Shown: piece after piece, positions 1-11,600 of the stretch
Position numbering within the stretch: the stretch's first letter is position 1
Layout: the number at the start of each line of letters is the position of its first letter
Assembly (NCBI GenBank): GCA_002633005.1
Contig: NMRA01000001.1
Span: 3,886,102-3,950,101 of the forward strand
Direction of reading: 5' to 3'
Origin: Phoronis australis
Taxonomy: Eukaryota; Animalia; Phoronida
DNA length: 64,000 bases
Program-made: the position numbers and the translations under genes
Notes under the pieces: generated by a model
Told to the model about the DNA's origin: nothing
The model's input: the letters and a program-made list of their open reading frames with translations, nothing else
Database searches by the model: none

Positions 1-169
1 AATGAAGAAGTATCCTTTTTCTATCTAATAAAATTAAGAGTGTCTGCATGTATCAATTAAGAAAATGATCTTAAACCAGGAACATGACTCGTCACGAATT
101 TTGAAACTGGTGTCAAATCTATCCGAAAACGAGAACTTGTCGACTCTTTAATAGAAACCTATTTATTAA

Positions 170-2483
170 ATTTCATAAAAATCTGCCAATTAGTTTCAAA
201 GTTATAGAGGACAATGAAAAACAATAAAATAATAAAATTGCCACGGGGGGCACTTCATAACAAGAGCAATGGGGAGCGTTGAAATGCGCCCACGAATGCA
301 TCGCAAATGGTGTGCTTTTAGGGTTGTTTATTTGTGTCATTAAAATGGCCACTATATGGCGCAAAATACATCGAATCCATCTGAAAACCAAAAAAAATGT
401 CATCGTTTCTTTAAAAGAAAGCCATTTACCAAAGCAAAACAAAAAGAAAGAAATTGCCACTAGGGGGCACAGTGTTCATCGGATCAGTCTAAAAGTAGTC
501 ATCTTCTCTTGTTAACTTCATATATATACACGTGCTAAATTTAATAAAGATCCTGCAGAGGGCTTAGGAGATACAGGTGGGGGTGCAAAAAAAAAAAACT
601 GCCACTAGGAGGTGCCACGAAGTCATCAGAAAATCATCAGCAACTGTCCCATTCAAAGAAAGTACATACATGCCAACGTTCACAATCATCTTTAGTGGTT
701 TGGTTGACAGAGGGACGAACGCCACAAAACAGACTCACAAACAACAAAAATGGCCACTAGGTGGCGTAAAAAACCTTGAATCAATCCGAAGATGGATGGC
801 TAGCGTCAACTCACTAATGGATGTCTATGTGCCAAATTTTATGGAAATCTGTTGAGTACCTTTAAAGATACAGCGATAAAAGTAAAAAACTAAAATTGCC
901 ACTAGGCGGCACACTGGTAGACCGATCCCTCCGAAAGTCGTCATCGTCTGTTGTCAACTTTATATAAATACATTTGCTAAATTTAATAAAGATCCTGTAG
1001 AGCATTTAGGAGATACAGCCATGGGCGCAAAAACAAACAGAAATACCAATAGGAGGTGCCACAATAGTCGAAGTCATCGAAAAATCATCGTCAACTGTAT
1101 TCTTCATAATAAGACCATACATGCCAATTTCCACAATCATCCTTAGAGTGGTTTGGTTGTTAGAAAGGCGGACGCCAAAAAAACGACTCGAAAATAGTAA
1201 AAATGGCCACTAGATGGTGCAAAATCCATCGAGGCAATCCGAAAATGGGAGGATAGCCTTAACTCATTTATAGATGCCTATGTACCAAATTTCATGAAAA
1301 TCGGTTGAAGACCTTTGAAGATACAGAGGCAAACTTAAAAAACAAAAATTGCCACTAGGGGGCACAGCGGTATTCAAGTCGGTCCAAAACTAGTCGCCCT
1401 CTGTCATAGGCCCTATAGGAACACACCTGCCAAATTTCAATACGATCCTGCAAGGGGCTTAGGAGATACAGCCGCGGACGCCAGACGCCCAGACAGAGAT
1501 GACTGCAATATGCGACCACATATAAAAATGTGGGCGCATAAAAATACGCTTGCCAAATGTAATAAATTTGGGAGATACAGCTATAGATGCAAAAAATGGA
1601 ACTAGGAGGCGCCACAGTGGTCAGAGATGTCCGAAAATCATTATTAGCCGTCCTCTTCATAGGAGAAGCATAAACGCCAATTTTCAAAATCATCCTTAGA
1701 GTGGTTTAGTTGATAGCGGGGCGGACACCAAAATCAGACTAGAAAACAGTAAAAATGGCCAATAGATGGCACAAAATAAGTCGAATCCAACCGAAAACGG
1801 GAACATGTCATCGTTTCTATAATCAAAAGCTATTCACCAAATTTCATAAATATCTGTCGAGGAACTCAGTCAGAGAAACAGAGGAAAACGGAAAAAATGA
1901 AACTGCCACTAGGGGCACAACGTTCGTCGGATCTGTCCGTAAGTTGTCGGTGTCGTCCGTTGTCAACTTAATACAAATACACTTGCTAACTGAAATAAAG
2001 ATCCTGCTGAGGGTTTAGGAGATACAGCCATGGGTGCCACAGTAGTCGAAGTCGTCGGAAAATCATCGTCAGCTGTCCTTTTCACAGTAGGAACATATAT
2101 GCCAATTTTCACAATTGTGCTTAGACTTGTTTGGTTGATAGAGGGGTGCATGCCAAAAAAACCCCAGCAAAAATGGCCAATAGGTGCTGCAAAATACCGA
2201 AAACATGAGGATAGCGTCATCTCACTTACAGATGCCTATCTGCCACATTTTAAGTAAATTCATTGAGAACCTCTGACGATACAGACGTAAACGTAAAAAA
2301 ATAAAATTGCCACTAGCGGTACACTACTGGTCAGATCATTTGAAAGGTTGCTCATGTCATCCCATCCATAAAAGGAACACGTGTAAAATTTCATGAACAC
2401 ACATCAAAGGGTTTTGGAGATAGAGTAGCGGACGCGGGACCAACAGACGGATAGGGATGACAGCATATGTGGGTGCATAAAAA
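170..2483 (+). mobile_element. DINE-1/HINE-like (Helentron-associated) non-autonomous repeat, two head-to-tail copies with degenerate ~145-160 bp internal repeats
   Basis: Recurrent blocks aaa(t/c)tgccactagg.., ccaaattt(c)a and ggagatacagc. Two 3' ends have cagac-like microrepeats and a terminal block: hairpin atgcgaccacat-ataaaa-atgtgggcgcat plus A-run (~1509-1543), and a truncated version (~2428-2483). Class assigned from structure only; left boundary approximate. Confidence 0.6.
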
Positions 2484-2597
2484 TGAAAACTGGTTGCGTC
2501 TAGAATCTCTTTATAAAAACAAAAAATAAGCATGAGATACATAATTACTCCAACCGACCAATCTCACAATAAAACTTTTTTTCACTCACAACCTCAC

Positions 2598-2694
2598 CTT
2601 TTTAAAATATCCCCCATGCAGTCTCATGTGCCCATTCAGTGCAGGAATGTTCTTGAACTTGCGCTGGCACAAGGTACACTCCACTAGCTTTTGC
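2598..2694 (-). CDS. ZNF541: ZNF541/TRERF1-like exon with C2H2 finger ([32 protein letters not shown])
   Basis: tctcttgcag| acceptor and AAG|gtgagg donor. This frame is not in the ORF track. Confidence 0.9.
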
Positions 2695-5600
2695 CTGCAA
2701 GAGAACACGGAACAACAGTTGACAGAGGTGGATAGTACATGTTAAAGAAGTCAGCAAGAAAATGCGTTGCGAACAAACCACGCTCCACTGAACAAAAAGC
2801 CATGACATTCAACCCAACCTGAAAAAGAAAATGTTTCATCAGAATCATTCAACTGGCAACAAATTGCAGAACCTAGGTCTGCACTGAAAAATGCTAACAC
2901 TTCCGCTTCCACATTACAACCTGAAAAATCAGGAAGATCAATCAAAACCTTAAGCAGTGCAAATCAAATCCTGAATTCCATAAAAAAGCAGAATCTGACG
3001 GCCAACCACGAATGCTGCAGGAGTTGGATATGGGTTGAATTTACCACAGCTGCACAGTATACTTAAATTCACCAATACAGTACCGTAAGCAGAAACTGCA
3101 GAACCTCAGGGATTGCAAAAATACACAGAGATTATTTTGGCTTTTTGACATCTTTTGAATGATAACTGCATGATCAGTTATATTTCTTTCAAAATTTCAG
3201 TATTTCCATGTTTTACAGTGTCTCGGGATATCAAATAATTTTCAGAATTTCATCCAAAAATAGGGTGTCCAAAATGGGTTTCCCCATTTCTCAGGGCGTC
3301 CATGACCCCAAGTCAACTTGCTGTTATAGCGTGCTATGTTACTGTGGAGGCATGGTTCTGCAATATAATTTTTCATGATTTTCAAACCAACTTCTTTATT
3401 CCTAACAGGCCAATAAGCTCCTTGAGCTGCTGCTGGCAAGTTAACACACACCCATGTTTACTTGCTTACTTCACTTGAGCACCAACATAGTCAACAGTGT
3501 GTCCTAACTAGGGTGTCTTAACACGAGTCAGGGTGTCCACTTGGACACGTGATACAAGACACTAATATGACTTACTGTTTTGTACCAATATCCTCTATGA
3601 CTATTTCCTGCCATCATATACGGTAAGACACCCGATACAAGATACTAATATGACTTACTGTTTTATACCAATATGCTCTATGACTATTTCCTGCCATCAT
3701 ATACGGTAAGACACCCGATACAAGATACTACCGTAATCGTTCGGGTTAACGCCCATGCTCAGTTAACCGCCCACCCCCTACTTTAGGTGAATTTCGATTT
3801 AACCGCCCACTGCTCGGTTAACCGCCCCCCTGCTATTTTTGAAGATTTCCAATTAACCGCCCACTGCTCGGTTAACCGCCCATCCCCTACTTTTGCCGAT
3901 TGGTGATTACCGCCCTGTGCTAATAGGAAACGCGAATCCCCGACCTTTTAGATTAAGATCGATGATAACATTGAGTGCAACGACGGCCTCAGAGACCGCG
4001 GTTTAGCAATGTGAATTATGATACCAGTAACAAATTATTGTAACGGGTCATCGATTAACTTCAAAATGTAATACTTGAACACTTTGTCACTTTCTTTTCT
4101 TCTCATGTTCGCAAACTTTAGGAACCGCGCTGGCGTCTACACNNNNNNNNNNNNNNNNNNNNNNNNNNNNNNNNNNNNNNNNNNNNNNNNNNNNNNNNNN
4201 NNNNNNNNNNNNNNNNNNNNNNNNNNNNNNNNNNNNNNNNNNNNNNNNNNNNNNNNNNNNNNNNNNNNNNNNNNNNNNNNNNNNNNNNNNNNNNNNNNNN
4301 NNNNNNNNNNNNNNNNNNNNNNNNNNNNNNNNNNNNNNNNNNNNNNNNNNNNNNNNNNNNNNNNNNNNNNNNNNNNNNNNNNNNNNNNNNNNNNNNNNNN
4401 NNNNNNNNNNNNNNNNNNNNNNNNNNNNNNNNNNNNNNNNNNNNNNNNNNNNNNNNNNNNNNNNNNNNNNNNNNNNNNNNNNNNNNNNNNNNNNNNNNNN
4501 NNNNNNNNNNNNNNNNNNNNNNNNNNNNNNNNNNNNNNNNNNNNNNNNNNNNNNNNNNNNNNNNNNNNNNNNNNNNNNNNNNNNNNNNNNNNNNNNNNNN
4601 NNNNNNNNNNNNNNNNNNNNNNNNNNNNNNNNNNNNNNNNNNNNNNNNNNNNNNNNNNNNNNNNNNNNNNNNNNNNNNNNNNNNNNNNNNNNNNNNNNNN
4701 NNNNNNNNNNNNNNNNNNNNNNNNNNNNNNNNNNNNNNNNNNNNNNNNNNNNNNNNNNNNNNNNNNNNNNNNNNNNNNNNNNNNNNNNNNNNNNNNNNNN
4801 NNNNNNNNNNNNNNNNNNNNNNNNNNNNNNNNNNNNNNNNNNNNNNNNNNNNNNNNNNNNNNNNNNNNNNNNNNNNNNNNNNNTAATATGACTTACTGTT
4901 TTATACCAATATGCTCTATGACTATTTCCTGCCATCATATACGGTAAGACACAAGATACAAGATACTAATATGACTTACTGTTTTATACCAATATGCTCT
5001 ATGACTATTTCCTGCCATCATATACGGTAAGACACCCGATACAAGATACTAATATGACTTACTGTTTTATACCAATATGCTCTATGACTATTTCCTGCCA
5101 TCATATACGGTAAGACACCCGATACAAGATACTAATATGACTTACTGTTTTATACCAATATGCTCTATGACTATTTCCTGCCATCATATACGGTAAGACA
5201 CAAGATACAAGATACTAATATGACTTACTGTTTTATACCAATATGCTCTATGACTATTTCCTGCCATCATATACGGTAAGACACAAGATACAAGATACTA
5301 ATATGACTTACTGTTTTATACCAATATGCTCTATGACTATTTCCTGCCATCATATACGGTAAGACACAAGATACAAGATACTAATATGACTTACTGTTTT
5401 ATACCAATATGCTCTATGACTATTTCCTGCCATCATATACGGTAAGACACAAGATACAAGATACTAATATGACTTACTGTTTTATACCAATATGCTCTAT
5501 GACTATTTCCTGCCATCATATACGGTAAGACACAAGATACTAATATGACTTACTGTTTTATACCAATATGCTCTATGACTATTTCCTGCCATCATATACG

Positions 5601-8600
5601 GTAAGACACCTGACAGGATACTCACTTGACTGGCTGGTTTAAACCAATACGCTCTTTGACTATTTCCTATCATATATGGTAAGTTTGAATGTCATACTCC
5701 TAGTTTGACAACTTTCAAATCATTACCTGGCTCGTGAAGTTTGCTTGTTATGACGGATAGTTTCAGACGCTGAAGCAGCACCAGCGTTACTACAACCAAT
5801 TTAAATCAAGCAAAGGAAAGGACACAATGAGGATTTTCTGGAAAACCAGATTGGACAGCGAAGGAAGTTGTTTTAACACCTGCCTTACCATGGACTACAG
5901 CGGCTTTAAATAGCGAAAAAATAACTGCCATTTGATGACACCATTTGTGGAATTGATAATGTGTACTCAATAGGTATATATTGATTTTAACACTAGTATT
6001 AGGATCTTATACTTAATTTGCTAGCAGATTCTTGATTTTTATGTTAACTTGTTTTGGCTTTCATTTGCGTTAGTGGCTCTTTCAGTGCATCCAGATGTTT
6101 TGAAGAACTCTGTAATAATCTAGATTATATAATGGTAATTCACAGAATAGTTGCCTGGGACAGCTGACCATTACCCTATATGGCAAGCACAGTGGTGAAT
6201 TTCTTGTAATTGTTCTTGAGGTTCTTACAGTTGTTTACTGTTATTTGCTGTAGAATTTTGAATCACCAAGGTTAGTGCGTACAACTCACAAATTTGAAAC
6301 TTGTATAAGCCCTACATTTCGTCTATAACAACTAAACGCTATCACACATGGGTAACAATTCGCAAAGAACGGGCAAATCCAAATGAACTATTGACATTAG
6401 AATTAAAACACTGATATTTATTTCTGTAGCTGGAGCAATTCTATGAATCAATGCCATGAAATAGAGCTATGCTACCAGCAGCTTTCTACTTTTGGCAGAT
6501 TCCTTCTTTAGCCAATTATACAATAAACTGTGTGCAGTTTACAACACCGCAACAAATGGAGGTTCACTTTGGTATAATTTTTGAGTATTCAAGTACCAGA
6601 GAACCGAATATCTGATAGAGTTGATCAACAAAGTTATCACTAATATCCTGATACACACACATACAGTAATAAAAACGTGAATCACCAACACCAGACGTCC
6701 CAGGGTAGAGTTCAGTAACTCTAGGATCTCACTAAAATCTAGCCAAAATCATGCGTTCTCATTTAAAATACACGGCAATATCTCCCGTGATCTCATAAAG
6801 TTTTGCTTTTCATCAACGTCCTAGCATTACTACCCTGATGTAGCTGAGCAACATTTATCCCATGTGACACCAGTGTACAAAACTGAACCTCTATAAGAGG
6901 GGATGGTGAACACAATTTAACAAAAAATATACCTTGAATGGTGGCCAACACAGATCCTCATTGTATGTTAGAGGCAACACAGTGCGACAACCTGCTGAAA
7001 GGTCACCATCAGACAACTAAGAACACATATGTAGTTGCAATGACCCCCACTTGACCTTCATAAACTGAATGACAGACAGGCTGACAGAACCACAACTAGC
7101 AATTACAGACTCTTAAATCAAATCAAAACTGAACACTGCAATTACCTCAACAGTCAATCTCAAATAAACCACCATCAAAACAGAAAGCAATAACCAAAAG
7201 TTATAACAATCCTCAGTAGCTCAATGGTAGGTTCAGAGCTCCACTGCGTGCCCGTTATAGCTATGTCTGCCTGCTTGGGACACACTCATACAACTCAACT
7301 CAGCCCAAATTCCAATGGCTATCTTTATCACTACCAGGGCTTTCCTTCTAAAGATTACCTCATCCACAATCCCTGGACAGACCTCAATATTGCTACACAC
7401 CTTCAAGTGGTATCAATATCCAAAAACCTTTCACATTAACAAAAGAGGAGTACACATGCAGGTCAGGTCAAATCTATTTGTCTTTGTAACAAAATAACTA
7501 TCTTACCACAGGTTTCACTATCGACACAACCAAAATCAAGACTTTCCAAGCTCAGACATCCTTGCAGAAATACCTGGACTGCACAGCAACGGACAAAGCA
7601 GCTTTTACGCAGCAGCCATTAGCATGACAAAGGGCTCAGAAATTTCCTGGGGTACTGAATGCAAATTCAATACACTGTGACCTCAGTGACCCTAAGTCAG
7701 GTCTGGGGCAATTCATAGCATTGATAGATACACCAGCACAGTTAATGCTTACCGAGAATCTGACAATATAATCAGGTAAGCAGTGGTAGTACCAGGAAGA
7801 TTTGTTTGATTTTACATTCCCACCTAACGAAAAACAATAAACACAACTTTGAATGTACTTTACAAGTTTACAAAATGTGAGATATCACCACTATCCGAAC
7901 AGAGATTAAACTTTTGAACCAGGGTTCAGCAACCTCCAAGGCATCTGACTGGGTTACGTTATATAGACCCAATGGGAGATTTTCAGTAAGCAACAGGGGA
8001 CTGATCACGTAGGACCGGTGACTCATATCGCCACCTAGCTGAATCAGAAATTACTTTGTCTTCGCATCGGGTCATGAAGGTCAACAGTCTAACTTCGTGA
8101 AAAGACCCTTTTACCGTGTATGTGATTACATGGAAGGGTGTTTTGAACAAAAGTTATAAAATGCCTCCTCGTCTTCTAGAGTCCACTAGTATCTAGTCCC
8201 ACGTGACCAGTCGCCACGTTGCAATAGGAAAGTCTCCCATTGCGCAAACTATTTGCAGCAATAAACTTTTACTTATATGTAATGGAAGCTGAATTTTATC
8301 TCATAATTTAACATTCCAACATCACAAACACGCATCACGAGCACTCGCGAAGCTCTCTCCCTTCACTCATGTCATTTTGCATAAACCACGCTTTTTTTCT
8401 TCGTTTCTAGCAATAAAACACAATACCAGAGGTGAATTGAACATACGAAACACAACATAAACAACTTTCAGTTTTCTTCCGCACCGTTCAAACTGTCCAT
8501 TGTGTAATAATGTAATCAAAGGGTAAATGCAGAGATATTGACTCAGGGTACAGAATTTACAAAGAATCTTGGACGTTGGGATATGTTTCATCGAAAATGC

Positions 8601-11600
8601 CAGTAAACTAGTTTGTACATCTGCTTGCCTTGCTTGGTTACAACCATGAAATAATCAAGCGAGTCAGTGAAAACCCTCATTTTTAAAACAAAGCCCATTT
8701 TCTCCAGTATTAACAGTTAACCTGAGAAAGTGGAAGTACCAGTCACAATATCAGTATGACCTCAAGCACACTACTTTAAAGCACTTTGCACACTCAAATT
8801 AGTCCTCACAGCTGATAGGAAGCATTGGTAAGTACTCACTTCGAGCATTCAAAGAAAAGGTTATGGTGACACGAGAATGAAGCCATCTTCCTTCAAGTGT
8901 AACATTCTGTCACTCAAATGTTTACATTTTCAAATCAGTCACTAGCTCAACACTATTGAACATATAGAAGAGCATGATCATACTTAAAAATGAAACTTGC
9001 ACGATAATGGGCTACGAAAAAATTACAAAGGAATGCAGCTAGCTGTACAGGAACAGGTGTAGAAGATCACTTTTAAGGCAGAGTTAACACTGCAGTGGCG
9101 TTCTGGATTAGAGTTACACTAAGGTTAGGTAAAATAAAGCTGAACTCTAATAGCTCCAAAACAACAATTTACAGTCATAATGTACGAATATTGTTACGGT
9201 CAGCTCAACACTGAAAAACACATTTCAGGAATTTGACATGAAACTGTGCCCACTCTGCAACCAGATGACTTTTTCTTTCTCAACTCTTATGGAATAAGAG
9301 TTAATGCATTTATAGTGAAATTGGACATACAGCAACGCATTTTGTTGTTTTGAATGAACGATCACTTTTGCTAATACATTTTACCACTACCAATACAACT
9401 ATCCTCAACAAAACCATGGGAATATGTGCAGATAGATGCATAACAATGCTGTCATCACTACTAACTATACGTTACTTTATTTTAAACAAGTCTTCCACAA
9501 ATATTAGGACCATGTCACTGTAACATACCGCCATTGAACAATAACACATTGATGATACTGTCAACACAAACCACTTCATCAAAACTATCTAGCAAGTTAG
9601 CAACAAGATAAACTCACTCAATGAAACCAAACTTCAATACCTATGTGAAAACACACCACAAAACAAGTTGGTTTCAACAGTTCTTTTCACCACCAACCCA
9701 TAAAAGTCAAACTCAGTGAGATCAACAGAGAAAATGGGAACAGTAACAGAAACAGTATGTTAATAAACCCTACTTACATGGGCTGCTGAAAATGAGGAGC
9801 CATCCAGGTACCCCTCTGGCTGGGATGCTGCTGTAGTGGGCTGGTAGGGTGTGCTCCTGGGGCAGGGCTGATGGGACTGAACTGTTGTTGATAGCCGGGT
9901 GAGGTCTCTCCACTACCAGGATTCTGGCCAACACCAATCTGATTGTTTACATATTGACTGATGCGAAACAAAGATCCTTGACTGTCTTGAGACTGTTGCT
10001 GGTGTTGCTGTTGCCACGACGACTGCCCATCCTGGTTGCCATGGTAGGGCTGGTCGAATTGAAAGAACTGCCCTTGACTATTGCCTGTGTTGAAGCTGGG
10101 ACTAGTGTGGGGACTAGCATTGTAAGAGGGAGGAGGGGCATACTGGATACGTCCGCCGGAGTCCTGTGGGTAATGACTACTACTGTCACCATTCTGACCG
10201 CCAAACTGTGATGGAGGCAGAGGGGGAGGAGGCATCGACTGAGCAGCAGTCACTCCAGCACTGGCCTGTTCAGGTGTCTGGTTGTGGTGATTCTCATAGT
10301 GACGACGCAGGGAGCGAGCGTCGCAGTAACTCTTGTCACAGCTCTCAAATTTACACTCGTATGGCTTCTTACTCCGATGTGTCATCATGTGACCATTCCT
10401 GAAACAGCAAGCAAAATGTGCCCATTAATGAAATGAGATATCCAGGAAACAAGAGCAACAGTACAGTGTCATACACTGCGCAGCACCTAAAGTCTAGCTC
10501 TACAAAGCCCTCAGTCTGACGATGAACTTTAAACCTCCCGAAAGTTGCAAAAGACCCCATGATTTTACATGATCTGACATTTCCTACAAAATAAGTCAAA
10601 GATCATTAAATTGTGTTACTGTTATCCGAACACATTGCGAGCTTTCAGGTAACTAGGAATCTAGAAAGCTTCAACTAATGTGCTGCAACGTGTTAAACAT
10701 GACATGATTGTGTAAGTCTGTACACACAAGCTTTTGCACAAGTTACCATGCCTCAATTCTCAGTCATATTCCTATACCACTGATTATCTTCAGCGATAGA
10801 CTCGAGTTGGATGCACCAGCAATTGTCAGCAGAGCAATAAGTGCCAATGTAACACCCACGTAGCATGTTTGTTAGCATCCCTGCTACTTAACAAACCTCA
10901 GTCAGTATTTCATAAAAAACTTAGCCACCGGCAAAAAAGACCGCACGCTTATTCAAGTAAACACATAATCAAGTTGAGACATCACCAGTGTAGCTGATAA
11001 CGTTTCTGTAACACAAAAATTGGATTACTTCGCAAAACATTTAATTAGTGCCTATGAACATCATATGTTATAATTACACGACCACTTATATATCAGAGCT
11101 CTGATTGGCTCAAACACAAAATGATAACTTCTGTTACATGGTGACATTCTCTGGATAGCTGTGGAACATCATTTTTCATTCATGCTGCCCGCCAGATGTC
11201 GCTACTTATGATCTGACCAATTACAGGCTGCAGATACCATAAACCCTGACTGTAAAAATAATATAAGCAGACGATGGCAGCAAACCAAAGGGTGTATGGA
11301 CATAGCAATCTAATTTAAAAAATGAACAAATGAGTGGAAAGGAGAAACAGTGGTTGTACGAAAAAAAAAATATAGACCGATCCCTCGGGCATAACAGGAC
11401 GTATAAGACTTTGATGTCGTATGAGAGGCTACTTTCATCACCACATCACACACCACAAAAAACAAATTCATTTAGTGTAATGTCAGGCAGTAATTATGTA
11501 TGCCTGGATCCCAAGCTCATTTTACAGGCAAAACTGGTGGGCAAGGGCATCAGCGACTTTAAATCACCACAAATGTAGGACCATTCAAATTTAATAAACT

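Noticed and set aside
2751-2945. Cluster of TTCAG acceptor-like sites and a 64-aa ORF upstream of the finger-4 exon
   Set aside because: The in-frame extension hits TGA at 2753-2751, no donor or homology was found, and such sites are expected by chance in T-rich introns.
4075-4947. Long ORFs of 290 and 283 aa
   Set aside because: Artefacts of translating the N gap.
4884-5620. Possible CRISPR array
   Set aside because: Units are near-identical end to end with no unique spacers, there are no cas genes, and the context is a eukaryotic intron.
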